A DNA stretch of 64,000 nucleotides from Alphaproteobacteria bacterium (GCA_965214705.1 CBDCCI010000002.1:576001-640000), one strand, 5' to 3'; positions 21,135-31,905 are shown, numbered from the stretch's first letter. Notes: generated by a model not told the origin, from the letters alone. A program made the numbers and translations.

Positions 21135-21860
21135 GTACTGCCCATCAGAAGGTGAGCACGAGCCACCTGAGCCGCCATGCCTATCTGTACGTGCGTCAGT
21201 CCACCCCGCGCCAGGTGTACGAGAATGGCGAGAGCACGCTCCGCCAGTACGCCCTGCGCGAACGGGCCGTCGCTCTGGGCTGGCCGACCGAGAGCATCGT
21301 CGTGATCGATAGCGATCAGGGGCTATCCGGCGCCGACAGAGACCGTGAGGGCTTCAAGCATCTGGTTGCCGAGGTCGGCATGGGTCGGGCCGGGATCGTG
21401 CTCGGCCTCGAGGTGTCCAGGCTCGCGCGCAACTCCACCGAGTGGTGCCGGCTGGTCGAGATCTGCGCCCTGAGCGAGACGCTGATCCTCGATGAAGACG
21501 GCGTCTACGATCCCGGCGACTTCAACGATAGGCTCCTGCTCGGGCTGAAAGGGACGATGTCGGAGGCGGAGCTCCATTTGCTGCGCGCCCGGCTGCGCGG
21601 CGGAATCCTCAATCGAGCCAAACGCGGCGAGTTGAAGATGCCGCTGCCACTGGGGCTGGTGTACGACCCGCTCGATCGTGTGGTTCTCGATCCCGATGCG
21701 CAGGTTCAACACAGCCTCAGGCTGCTCTTCGACACCTTCACCCGCACCGGCACGGCCTGCGCCACGGTGAAGCACTTCCGTGACGAAGGACTGCTCTTTC
21801 CCCGCCGGCCGCGCAGCGGACCGCACAAGGGTGAGCTGCATTGGCAGCCGCTCAAAGGTT

Positions 21861-21902
21861 AAGGGTTGGGCAGGCTCTCTCTCGAGAGCCTGCCCAACCC
21901 TT
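21861..21902. repeat. Perfect 19-bp stem, 4-nt loop at the end of the IS91-like element
   Basis: AAGGGTTGGGCAGGCTCTC-TCTC-GAGAGCCTGCCCAACCCTT. Confidence 0.9.
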
Positions 21903-22164
21903 TTGAACGAAGCCGCGGGCCACGAGAGGCGAAGTTGAGCTATGTGGAAAGTGCGCTGATGTCAGCGTCAGGCGGCATCCACCGGCAGCAGAGTTGCGCA
22001 TAAAATCGACGCTCGCGCCGGTCTTTCGGCAGGCATGCGGGCGCACGCTGCGAGGACTGAGCGGGGTGTGAGCCGAGGGCTGTCAGCCCGGCTCAAGCGG
22101 AGACAGGTTCGGTCGTGCGTCGGCGCTTTGGCGCCGTTGCGCGGGGCCGAAGCGAGCGGGCGTC

Positions 22165-23406
22165 TCACGGTTTCCCCCTGTGGGTCGGCGGCAGCGCCGG
22201 CGGGCCGCGCGTCGAGCGGGGCTCATGGCGGCGGCGGATTTCGCGGACGAGGCGCATGACGCCGCCGCAGTGGGGGCAGGCCACGGGCGCGGTGCCGATC
22301 TCGGGCTCTTCGTCGGGCTCGGCCCGAGCGCCGTCCACGCTTCCCTCGGGGGCGGCGCAGCCGAGGGCGCCGAGAGCCTGGCGTGCTCTCTCCAGCGTGC
22401 TGGCGCGGCAGCCGTTGGCGAGGATGCCGAAGTAGCGAATGCGGTGCATGCCGTCCGGCAGGACGTGCCTCAGGAAGCGGCGGATGAACTCGTCGGCGCT
22501 CACGGTGGCGATGCCGTAGCGCGGCTTTCTCTGCCCCGGCGCCTTGGGCTTTCGGTGGCGGAAGGAGACCGTCTCGCCGTCGAAGGAGACGATGCGGCTG
22601 TCGGAGATGGCGATCCTGTGCGTGTAGTGCGAGAGGTACCGGAAGACCTGCTCAGGCCCGCGGAAGGGCCGCTTGGCGTAGACCACCCAGTCCCTGGCCC
22701 GGGCGGCGGCAAGCGTGGCGTGGAACTCGCCGGGATTGGCGAGGTGGGCGAGGGTGCCGTGGAACTCCAGGTCCCCCCGGCCGTGGGCGCGGGCGAGCTC
22801 CTCGAGGAAGAGGCGGCGGAACAGGCTGCCGAGGACCTTGACGGGGGCGAGGAAGGTGGTGCTCCCCGTCTTCCACTCGCCACTGTCTACGTCGAAGCCC
22901 GCGTTGGGCACGACCACGTGCAGGTGCGGGTGGAAGCGGAGCTTCTGATCCCAGGTATGGAGGACCGCGGTGCCGCCGATGCGCATGCCGCCGTGGCGGG
23001 GATCGGCGGCGATGGTGCGCAGGGTCTCGGCGACGGCCCGGAAGAGGATGTCGAACACCACCCTGCGGTTGCAGAAGGCAATGGCGGCAACCTCCTTGGG
23101 CAGGGTGAAGACCACATGGAAGTAGGGCACCGGCAGGATGTCCCCGGCGCGCTCCTCGCTCCAGAGGTTGGCGGCGAGACCCTGGCAGGTGGGGCAGTGG
23201 CGGTTGCGGCAGGAGTTGAAGAGCGGATGCTCGCGCCCGCAGCCCTCGCAGGCGTACATGTGGCCGCCGAGCACGGCGGTGCGGCACGCCTCGATGGCGC
23301 CCATGACCTTGAGCCGGGCGGCGTCGATGCGCCCTTTGTGGCGCTCACGGAAAGCGGCGCCGGCGCGGCGGAAGATCTCCGCCACGCCCGCGCGTTCGGC
23401 CTCCAC
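22165..23406 (-). CDS. IS91-family (Y2/HUH) transposase
   Basis: NSCRNRHCPTCQ zinc domain, YFHVVFTLP, LHTW..HPHLHVVV (HUH), YLSHY (YxxxY). Confidence 0.93.
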   Translation of the reverse strand: MEAERAGVAEIFRRAGAAFRERHKGRIDAARLKVMGAIEACRTAVLGGHMYACEGCGREHPLFNSCRNRHCPTCQGLAANLWSEERAGDILPVPYFHVVFTLPKEVAAIAFCNRRVVFDILFRAVAETLRTIAADPRHGGMRIGGTAVLHTWDQKLRFHPHLHVVVPNAGFDVDSGEWKTGSTTFLAPVKVLGSLFRRLFLEELARAHGRGDLEFHGTLAHLANPGEFHATLAAARARDWVVYAKRPFRGPEQVFRYLSHYTHRIAISDSRIVSFDGETVSFRHRKPKAPGQRKPRYGIATVSADEFIRRFLRHVLPDGMHRIRYFGILANGCRASTLERARQALGALGCAAPEGSVDGARAEPDEEPEIGTAPVACPHCGGVMRLVREIRRRHEPRSTRGPPALPPTHRGKP

Positions 23407-23412
23407 GCGCCG

Positions 23413-24291
23413 TCAGTTGCGCAACGCTGCGAAGCCTGAGATCGGGTGGTCGAGGCCCTCGAACATCTTGCCGGTGACGCGGGCGTAGTGACGGGTCGTG
23501 TTCGCGCTTCGATGGCCGAGCATGTCCCGGATCACCTCGATATCGCCGCCGCGCTCGAGGAGATGGGTCGCCGCCGAATGGCGCAGGCAATGGAAGGTGT
23601 AGCTGCGGTCGAGCTCGGCAATGTCGCGCGCCCTCCTGAAGGCGGCCTGCAAGGTCTCCGTTGCGATGGGCCTGTCGAGCGAGACGCCGTAGAAGAGCCA
23701 GCTCGTCGGACGCGGCCAGATGTTCCTGTAGTAGACGCGCAAGTAGTGGATGACGATGTCCGGCAACGGTGCCATTCTCTCGGTGCCGCCTTTGCCGGAG
23801 GGGATGTGCAGCAGCTTCTTCTCCGACAGGATGTCGCCGACCTTGATGGCCAAGGTCTCGGAGATGCGGAGCCCGCCGCCATAGCCGGTGACAATGGCAG
23901 CACGGTGGCGGAGGTCGGGTGTCGCAAGGATGAGGTGCTCGACCTCCTGCTCCGACATGTAGCGCGGCAGCTTGCCGGGCTTCTTGCGGGAGCGCAGGCC
24001 GGCGACATGGTCAGGCCAGCCGAGTGTGTCGATGTAGAGGAAGTTCAGCGCGGCGAAGGAGACGTTGGTCGTGCCCGGACTGAGCCCCTTGTCGATCCGC
24101 CCCAGGTACCACTGGCGCACCTGCTCGGCGTCGAGCTCGTCCGGCGAGGCGTCGTAGTACCTGGCCAGGTTCTTGATCTCGCAGATGTAGGCCTTGGACG
24201 TGCTCGCGGCCAGATTGGCGATGCGGAGCTGCTCCTCCATGCGCTGGCGAAGAGGGGTGACGGTGTTCGTGTCGCACGCGGTCCCGGTCAT
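23413..24291 (-). CDS. Tyrosine recombinase associated with IS91-like transposase
   Basis: TPLRQRMEEQL, GLRISE, KGG, HCLRHSAATHLLE, MLGH..TTRHY. Confidence 0.9.
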   Translation of the reverse strand: MTGTACDTNTVTPLRQRMEEQLRIANLAASTSKAYICEIKNLARYYDASPDELDAEQVRQWYLGRIDKGLSPGTTNVSFAALNFLYIDTLGWPDHVAGLRSRKKPGKLPRYMSEQEVEHLILATPDLRHRAAIVTGYGGGLRISETLAIKVGDILSEKKLLHIPSGKGGTERMAPLPDIVIHYLRVYYRNIWPRPTSWLFYGVSLDRPIATETLQAAFRRARDIAELDRSYTFHCLRHSAATHLLERGGDIEVIRDMLGHRSANTTRHYARVTGKMFEGLDHPISGFAALRN

Positions 24292-26027
24292 TATCGATCT
24301 CCCTGGATCGCGACGGCGCGCCGCCGGACCGATCCGGCGACGGTCCGTCGCAGGGGTCGATGCTAACCACTGGTGATCGGGAGGCTGCTGGGGATCCGCC
24401 ACCCGACGGGCGGAGCGCCACTGACGCAACCGGGAAGCGAACGCACAGAACAAACGGCACCCGCGACGCCTCGGAAATGAATGAACTCTACGCCGCTAAC
24501 TCCGCGTAGCGGCTTCGTTCAAGCTCTATCGGGTGCTGGAGGTGCTGCACAACCCACGATACGCCGGCGCCTTCGCGTTCGGGCGCCACTGCCACCGTCG
24601 GCGTCCCGGTGGCGGTGTTGAAGTGAAGCGGCTCGCGCGCGAGGAATGGACCGTGCTGCTCCCCGACGCGCACCCGGGCTATATCTCCTGGGAGCGCTTC
24701 GAGGCCAATCAGCGCCAGCTCCGGGACAACGCTCAGGCCTATGGCGTGCCCCGGCGCAGCGCTCCACGCGAAGGGCCGGCGCTGCTCCAGGGCCTGGCCC
24801 TCTGCGGGGTTTGCGGCGACCGCATGACCGTGCGCTACCACACCCGCCGGGGGCGGCAGGTGCCGGACTACATGTGCCAGCGGGAAGGCATCGATACGGC
24901 GAGCCGGATATGCCAGCAAATCGCCGGTGCCGGTATCGACCGGGCAATCGGCGAACTGCTGGTCGAGTTGATGACGCCGGTCGCGCTGCAAGTGGCATTG
25001 GAGGTACACGCCGAACTTTCCGCGCGTGCTGAAGAGGTCGACGCCTGGCGTGCCCAGCAGGTGCAGCGCGCCCGCGAAGAGGCTGATCTGGCGCGCCAGC
25101 GCTTCATGCAAACCCATCCCGAGAACCGCATGGTGGCCGACGTGCTGGAGGCGGAATGGAACGCCAAGCTTCGTGCTCTGGACGAGGCACAGCGCGATCT
25201 CGATCATCGCCGCGCCGAGCAGAGCCACGAGCTCGGGGAGCAGCAACGCCAACGAGTCCTCGCGCTGGCGACGGACTTTCCGCGCTTGTGGAACGACCCT
25301 GCAACGCCGTACCGCGAGCGCAAGCGGATCGCGCGATTGCTGATCGAGGACGTGACCCTGGTCAAGGGCAAGGATCTCCGCCTGGGAGTGCGCCTTCGAG
25401 GCGGAGCCACCCGCCAGCTCGTCATCGAGCCCGAGGCGCCGGCGTGGCAGCGTTACAAGACCCCGCCCGAGGTCATTGCCCAGATCGACGAGCTACTCGA
25501 CGATCACACCGACGCCGAGATCGCAACGATCCTCAATGAACGGGGATGCCGGACTGGCTATGGCGCCCCCTTTCGAGCGCTGCGCGTGCAGGCAATCCGC
25601 GGCGACTACAAGCTTAAATCACGCTACGACCGACTGCGCGCCCGCGGCTTGTTGACCGTCGACGAAATGGCCACCAGGCTCGCGGTCTCGACCACGACGA
25701 TCAAGAAGTGGCGCGAGATCGGGCTGCTGAGCGGACACGTCTACAACGACAAGGGCAGCTATCTCTATGAAATGCCCGACAACCCGCCGACCAAGCAACA
25801 AGGCCGAAAGCGCGTATAGAGCGCTCAACCCCAACATCGTGTGCCAACCGACTAATGAGGTGCAATATGAAGCGTAGCCCTTAGCTTTCGCATGTAACAC
25901 GGTCTGGAGTTTCTGAACTTTGTCTGACCCTGTTAGGTTCTCACCAGTGGTCACGCCTTGCTCCCTTTCCATGCTGTTCTCGAACCAGGGCTCCTTTCCT
26001 CCACCGGAATTACTCGGCTTCTGCGGT

Positions 26028-28051
26028 GTCGGGTCGGAGGAGGCGCCCCGCGAGGCTAGCCTCCGTCCGCCGCTCAAACGGCCCGTACGGTTTTCCCGTA
26101 AGCCGCTTTCACAAAGGTGTCTCAACGAAGGTTCAAGGACGGAACCAGTGAGATCAGGCGAACAAGCCCGTATTCGTCGATCAGCTTGCGCTCCGGCAAC
26201 TGTTTCCAGCCAGCGTTGCGCCAGCGCTTGCGACGATGCGACCAGAGCCGCCGCACGATCCAGCCGTCAAGCTGGTGGAAGAGCCCGCGGACGTGGGCCT
26301 TGCAATAGTATTGGCCCCATCCCCGAATGATCGGGTTGATCTCGTCAATCAGCTCCTGCGTGCTGACAGGAGCCTTGCGCCGGGTACGCTGGCGAATCTG
26401 GTCCTTGAAGTGCCGGATGGATTTCTCACGCGGAACCGCGTAGCGCGCTCCCCCGCGAACCCCGCTCTTGATCTTGGAGGACGACAGCCGGAGAGGCCGC
26501 TCGCCCTGCTTGATCTTGTAGCCGAGGAACTCAAACCCGTGCCTGACATGGACAATGCGGGTCTTCCCGGCGTTGAGGGACACACCCAGCTTTGCCAGAA
26601 TCCGCCTGGCCGTCTCCAGTGCTGCGCGGGCTTCCCCGCGTGTGCGGCACGTGATCAGCCAATCATCGGCGTATCGCGTTAGTCGATAGCCGCGACGACG
26701 CATTTCCCAATCGAACGGGGTCAGCAAGATATTGCTGAGCAGCGGTGAAACGATGCCGCCCTGCGGAGTGCCCTGTTCGGTCGGCAGCCTCTTACCGTCG
26801 GCCACCACCCCGGCCGTGAGCATCTGCCTGAGCAGACCTAATACCCGGCCATCCGAGACTCGCTGGTTGACGAGTTCGAGGAGCTTTTCGTGGTCCACGG
26901 ACCCGAAAAAGTCTTTCAAATCCGCATCGAGAACCCACTCGTTGCCCTCGTCCAGTTCCCTCCATATCTTGCGTAACGCTCCATGGGCAGACCTTCCTTG
27001 CCGGTACCCGTAGTTGGCATCGTCGAACACCGGCTCGAAGATCGGTTCCAGCCGGTTCAGCAGCGCCTGCTGGCACACCCGGTCGTAGATTGTCGGGATG
27101 CCGAGCGGGCGGAACTTCCCCGGCTGGCCCGCCTTGGGGATCAGGCATTGGAGAACCGGCTGCGGGTGATACTCACCGTCCCGCAACTCCCGGTGCAGGC
27201 GATCGAGATTTGCATCCAGCGATGCCTCGAACGCCGCTAAATCCTCTCCGTCCACGCCACCGGCACCCCGGTTGCGCTTCACCTTTTCCCAGGCCACCTC
27301 AAGGTTCTTCCGCTTGTACACCTTGTCCACCAGTGAGTGGACCTTCCTGTCACCCGCCGGGTTGATCCAGTCGATGAGTCTCCTCGGGCCATGATGTCCG
27401 GGTCTTTCGCTCAAGGAACTTGTCCGCGTCATGGTCCTTACTCACTCATCGCTGTCTCTCGCCGACCACCTCTGCCAACCGACTTCCCCGGCCCACACGG
27501 CCGCCGCTCGCGCGGTCACCCGGCTTTCGCCGGGCTTCAGGTACTATTCGGTTGTCCGATTGCTCGCCGCGCATCCTTTCCCATTTCGCCTTTCGGCTTA
27601 TAGGGTCCGTTATCCCGGTGCCACCCGAGAACGCGGCGAGCCCTCCTGGGGTCACGTCCAGATCTTCCGTACCGTGCCGCTCGCAAACACCTTGGTGCGA
27701 CGGGTGGGTAAGAACGCCTTCGCCGCCATAGTGCCGGCTCGACCTTGCCCCGTCTTTGGCCGACCGATTCATCATGGGGTGGCCCCCTCGATTACGGCCC
27801 GGTACTTCTCCGCAAGCCCTTCAGATTCCACCTCGCGGTGGACACCCTGCCTTCCGGTTGTCTTTCGACAGTGGACCAACTTAGCTCCTCCCTTGGCTGT
27901 CTCCGCCGTTTCCGGCTTCGTGCCCGTTTAGAGTTTCGCTTATCGGCTCACTCCGGCCAGTGACGAATTACCCCCACTTTTGGATATGGCGCCCCTTACC
28001 CGAGCGCCAGTGGGACTTGAACCCACCTGATCTGGGCGCTGCCCAGCACAC
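26028..28051 (-). mobile_element. Inner group II intron, apparently complete (2024 nt)
   Basis: 5' GTGTG at 28051; domain V/VI AAAGCGGCTTACGGGAAAACCGTACGGGCCGTTT...CTCCGACCCGAC ending at 26028. Confidence 0.88.
26122..27432 (-). CDS. ltrA: Group II intron reverse transcriptase/maturase (no HNH domain seen)
   Basis: GAGGVDG, RPLGIPTIYDRVCQQA, GTPQGGIVSPLLSNI, RYADD, FEFLGY, NPIIRGWGQYY. Confidence 0.95.
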   Translation of the reverse strand: MTRTSSLSERPGHHGPRRLIDWINPAGDRKVHSLVDKVYKRKNLEVAWEKVKRNRGAGGVDGEDLAAFEASLDANLDRLHRELRDGEYHPQPVLQCLIPKAGQPGKFRPLGIPTIYDRVCQQALLNRLEPIFEPVFDDANYGYRQGRSAHGALRKIWRELDEGNEWVLDADLKDFFGSVDHEKLLELVNQRVSDGRVLGLLRQMLTAGVVADGKRLPTEQGTPQGGIVSPLLSNILLTPFDWEMRRRGYRLTRYADDWLITCRTRGEARAALETARRILAKLGVSLNAGKTRIVHVRHGFEFLGYKIKQGERPLRLSSSKIKSGVRGGARYAVPREKSIRHFKDQIRQRTRRKAPVSTQELIDEINPIIRGWGQYYCKAHVRGLFHQLDGWIVRRLWSHRRKRWRNAGWKQLPERKLIDEYGLVRLISLVPSLNLR

Positions 28052-28514
28052 ACTACGAGCCCATCCGCCACCCTGCCGGCCCAGCCTGCCCCTCACGGGG
28101 TTCCGGTTGGTGTGTGCGCACCGCCGACAGGGCTTCCCGTGTTGCTACCTCATTCCTCTTGCATGCATGCCAGCGTCAATACCCCGGCGGGTGCGAGCCG
28201 GTGCATGTATCGCTCTCTTCCCGGTCGCCAGCGGCCTTCCCCTTTTCCGCGCAGGGTCGACACCCGCATTGCCCTTTTCGAGGCCTGCTCGACGTTCGCT
28301 CTCGCTCCGGCCTGCATGCTCGCTGAGCCGCCTGAAGCGGCCCTTCTTGCCAAAGTGCTTCAATCCATGTCGTTGCCTCCATGAACCGCTCTGGCTGCTA
28401 CCAGCTGGAGCGATAGTTGCTGAGCGGGATTTGCACCCGCTGAAATGAGGCGCCCTTTCACGGCGCACGCGGAAGTCGGGTTATGGTGCCCAGAACCCGA
28501 AGGACGGATCAGCC

Positions 28515-28853
28515 ATGGCGACGGTGATCAGAGCCGATTTGGCGGCGGCGGTGTGCGAGGAGGCCGGTCTGCGCAAGCGCGACGCGGCCGAGCTGGTGGA
28601 CATGCTGGTCGAGGCGATCTGCGAGCGGCTGGCGGCAGGGGAGCCGGTCGGGATCTCGGGCTTCGGCAGCTTCTCGGTGCGCGACAAGAGGGAGCGCACC
28701 GGACGCAATCCCAGGATCGGGGAGGAGGCGCCGATCGCGGCCCGGCGGGTGGTGACCTTCCGGGCGTCCGCGAAACTGAAGGCGCGCGTGACGGCGGCGA
28801 TGGCCGGCGCGGCGGACGGCGCGCAAGCCGCCGGCAGGGGCGAAGCTGTATAA
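28515..28853 (+). CDS. ihfA: Integration host factor alpha/HU-family protein
   Basis: ISGFGSFSVRDKRERTGRNPRIGEEAPIAARRVVTFRAS. Confidence 0.9.
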   Translation: MATVIRADLAAAVCEEAGLRKRDAAELVDMLVEAICERLAAGEPVGISGFGSFSVRDKRERTGRNPRIGEEAPIAARRVVTFRASAKLKARVTAAMAGAADGAQAAGRGEAV

Positions 28854-28891
28854 TCTTTATGGAGTTTCGAGTCGGCTGAGGAACCGGGACA

Positions 28892-29179
28892 ATGGATGGA
28901 ACATCATCGGCTGGGATCGACGAGAGCGCGTTGACGAAGGGCCAGCTGCGCAAGCTTCGCGCGTTGCGCAAGTCGATTGGCAACGGGATCGCGGAGCGCG
29001 CTTTCGCGGAGTGGCTGGCGTCACAGCCTGCGACGGGAGCCAGGTCCGACGGCAACGCGGCGACGATCGTCGACACACTGTGGCCGCTCGTTCAGCAGGG
29101 CACGCTGGCGATTCCGCGCGGCGGCTACCTGATCAGGCGCGGGCGGGGCCGCATTATCGTCGAGGCGGCTAAGCCGTAG
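28892..29179 (+). CDS. Hypothetical protein
   Basis: 95-aa ORF with natural composition, co-oriented with the IHF gene. Confidence 0.6.
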   Translation: MDGTSSAGIDESALTKGQLRKLRALRKSIGNGIAERAFAEWLASQPATGARSDGNAATIVDTLWPLVQQGTLAIPRGGYLIRRGRGRIIVEAAKP

Positions 29180-29398
29180 AGCGCCGGTTTGTCCGTCGGG
29201 TCCCTAAGCCTGCTTCTTCTGGAAGATCCTCCTGGCCTGGACCCTGCGGATGCGCGGGAGCCGGTGGTCCCTGTCTTGACCGGCTCCCGCGTGCTTGTCG
29301 GCGCCGGCCGCGATCGCCCGCGCGCATCTCGTGTCGGGGCAGCCCACGGTAGGAAGCGCTCTCGCCGATGGCGCGCGGCCGGGATGTGAGGCCGGCGC

Positions 29399-30214
29399 CT
29401 ACCACGACGTCAGCGCGGCCATGGGGGAGGCGTCGGTGACGATTTCGACGTCCTCCGGATCGAGCCTGGCGAACGCGAGGCATGCCGCCACCTCGGCGGG
29501 ATTGTCGTAGGTCCCGTGATCGCGGCTCGTGGCGATCTCGATGACGGTGTACCGGGTCGCCGTCACGGGCAGCCCGCGATGCTCGGAAGAGCGCATCCGG
29601 GACCGGCGGGCGCAGGCCTCGCAAGCCGAGGCGGCTCCCGACCAGGCTCCGCACTTTTCACAGAGATTCCTGGCGCGGCGGCGCGCGTACCGCTTGCGGT
29701 CCCGGGCGTTCTTCTCCGCGCGCGGCGTCCGCGCGGCTTCCGTCGCCGCGCAACGGCGGCAGCGCGACGCGCCCGCCGGCGCCGTGCCGCTGCAGCGCAC
29801 GCAACAGCCGGCGGCGCGGCGCTCTTCGTAGATTTCCCGCTCGCGGACGCGTCTCGCGTCGCCGCAAGCTGCGCACACCGCGGCGCCCTCGGCGGCGGGC
29901 TGGCGTCCGCACGCCGTGCAGGTTCCCGCCTCGCGCCGGGCGCGATGGCGATCCCTGCCCCGATCGCGGCTGTCACGCCGGCGGGTCTCGACGCACCGGC
30001 CGCCGTAGAGCTTCCCGGCTGCCTTGCCCGCGGCATAGCGGGCGCGCTCGGCCCTGCGCTTCTTCTCGCCGCATTCGGCGCAAAGCCGGCGTTCGGGCGC
30101 CATCGGGCGCACGCCGCATCTGGGGCACAGGCCGCGCGCGGTCCGGTCGGCGGCCCGCCGGCGGTGGCGTTCGCGATCGAGCGCGCGGCCCCGGTCGGGG
30201 TCTGCATAGGACAT
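29399..30214 (-). CDS. Arg-rich protein with four CxxC...CxxC putative zinc fingers
   Basis: CPRC-CAEC, CTAC-CAAC, CVRC-CRRC, CEKC-CEAC. Confidence 0.7.
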   Translation of the reverse strand: MSYADPDRGRALDRERHRRRAADRTARGLCPRCGVRPMAPERRLCAECGEKKRRAERARYAAGKAAGKLYGGRCVETRRRDSRDRGRDRHRARREAGTCTACGRQPAAEGAAVCAACGDARRVREREIYEERRAAGCCVRCSGTAPAGASRCRRCAATEAARTPRAEKNARDRKRYARRRARNLCEKCGAWSGAASACEACARRSRMRSSEHRGLPVTATRYTVIEIATSRDHGTYDNPAEVAACLAFARLDPEDVEIVTDASPMAALTSW

Positions 30215-30300
30215 GATCGGCGAGCCTCGCTGCAAGGGTCGGGTCGGACGGAGGGCGGCGGCCGGGGCGCCCCGTTGGGGACGCCCCGGCCCGGCCGGCC

Positions 30301-30619
30301 CTACCGATGCCTGCCGCTGGCGAAGAGCCCGGTCGCGAGGTCTCCATACATTTGCACGCCGCCGGCGAGCTCGACCCCGGTGGCCACGATGATCTCGTCG
30401 CGCTCGGGCCGCAGCCGCTGAACGGCGCGCAGGCTCATCACCTTCCGCGCCTCCTTGCGCGCACCCTTCGATCCCCTGGCCGGGCGCCAGGGCCGGATCT
30501 GGCCCTGGTAATCCGACTTGTACCTCTCGACGACGTAGCGCGCGTCGTCGAGACCGCGACCGAAGAAGTGGGTGAGAAAGGTCCGGGCGCTCCCCTGGAT
30601 GCCGCCTGATGTCCGCATG
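30301..30619 (-). CDS. Hypothetical protein
   Basis: GGAGG RBS upstream of MRTSGG; co-oriented with the zinc-finger gene. Confidence 0.4.
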
Positions 30620-30804
30620 ATGCCGCCTCCCGCGGGCTGGTTGGTGGAAACGGCAGGACAGCCTCTCTCCGCGAGCCCGACCCCGCCGCGCCCCCGTCCC
30701 GGCCAGGCTCTACCTCCCGGCGGCGCGCAGGCACGGCGGGCGGCGAAGGCGAGGGATGCGGCCGGCGGGATGCCGGCACTTCCGAACATTGATAAGGTGG
30801 AGGG

Positions 30805-31506
30805 ATGTCCGGGCGGGGAGCTGCCGGTCGGGCGACGGCTGAGAGGCAGCCCGACCTGTTCGACGATCGTGGCCTGACAGACGCAGGCGGCGTCATCGCG
30901 ACGGCCGCCCCGGAGGCGCCTCCTGACGCCGCCGGGCTTTCTGACGCGGCGCTGATCGGGTTGCTGCCGCAGGCGACGATGTCAAACGCAGAGGCGCTGT
31001 GTTCCGAGGTGGCGTCGCGCAGGCTGACGGCGGCAGTGCCCGCGCTGGAGAGCCTGTGGCGGCGTTTCGCCGGGTTCGGATTGCGCATGCCGCTGGTGGA
31101 GCAACGCGCAGTTCTGGACACGCTCGCGCGGCTTGAGGACGCGCGGGCCTGCTCGGTCCTGAGGGGGATCGTGCTGTCGAAGGACCTTTCTGCTTCGCTT
31201 ATGCCGGCGGCCATGCGCGCGGCGGCGGAGGCGGCGCTGTCCCTGCCCGCAGGATTCGTCGCTCCGCTTCTTGCCCACGAGGACGAGGCAGTGCGGGCTG
31301 CCTCGTATGCGCTGGCGCCGAGGGCCGGGGTTCCGGTTGAGCTGCTTCGCGAGGGGCTGAGCGATTCATCGGCCCCGGTGCGGCGTCTGGCGGCGATCGC
31401 CCTGGGCATCGCCGGGGACGCCGCAGAACGTGGCTCCCCTCGTGGCGGAACTCGCATGCGAGCCGTCGGAAAAGGTGATCGAGGCGCTGACGATGATCGG
31501 GGATGA
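30805..31506 (+). pseudogene. HEAT-repeat-like protein, probably frameshifted/truncated at 3' end
   Basis: LLAHEDEAVRAAS and LSDSSAPVRRLAAIALG repeats. Confidence 0.4.
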
Positions 31507-31554
31507 GGACGCAATCGTTCATCTCGGGCGGTGCGCCGATAATCATCCTGCGCT

Positions 31555-31905
31555 CGCGGAGAGCTGATCCAGCTTGCCAAGAACTTGCGCGAGGCCGACG
31601 CCCGCGGCGAAGCGTTAAGACTGAGTGAAGACGAGTTCGCCTTCTACGACGCGCTCGAGACTGGTGACAGTGCCGTGAGCGTGCTCGGTGATGACACGCT
31701 TCGCGGCATCGCTCGCGAGCTAGTGGAGACTGTGCGCGGCAACGTCACCATCGACTGGACCCTGCGCGAGAACGTCCGCGCCAATCTCCGCCGTCCGGTC
31801 AAGCGTATTCTCCGCAAACACGGCTACCCGCCCGACAAGCAGGAGAGGGCGACGCGCACCGTGCTCGAACAGGCCGAGGTCCTCTCTTCCCTTTGGGCCG
31901 CCTGA
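31555..31905 (+). pseudogene. hsdR: Type I restriction subunit R C-terminal (DUF3387) fragment
   Basis: [52 protein letters not shown]; no upstream helicase domains. Confidence 0.85.

Larger units (their letters stand above)
21856..24522 (-). mobile_element. IS91-like rolling-circle element carrying tyrosine recombinase + Y2 transposase
   Basis: Junctions share only TCAA; 14-bp inverted repeat TTGAACGAAGCCGC (21903-21916)/GCGGCTTCGTTCAA (24509-24522); 19-bp perfect hairpin near one end. Confidence 0.88.
21131..25819 (+). pseudogene. Large serine recombinase interrupted by IS91-like element
   Basis: YLYVRQST...WQPLK/LYRVLEVLHNPRY rejoins in frame when 21856-24522 is removed. Confidence 0.92.
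19843..25880 (+). mobile_element. Four-gene large-serine-recombinase element, copy B
   Basis: Ends align with copy A ends; TT on both flanks (19841-42, 25881-82); same gene order. Confidence 0.82.
25881..28468 (-). mobile_element. Outer group II intron, 5' portion only (start of RT ORF cut by recombinase element B)
   Basis: 5' GTGCG at 28468; DII/DIII-type sequence GGATGGGCTCGTAGT/ACCGCAGAAGCCGAGTAATTCCGGTGGAGGAAAGG split by inner intron; RT-like N-terminus DKVQKLQTVLHAKAK. Confidence 0.78.

Noticed and set aside
26122-27432. RT as retron, DGR or CRISPR-associated RT
   Set aside because: Has a maturase domain and flanking group II intron 5' end and domain V/VI; no TR/VR pair or array seen.
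28008-28030. tRNA-like T-loop GGTTCAAGTCC on the minus strand
   Set aside because: Part of intron domain I; no cloverleaf.
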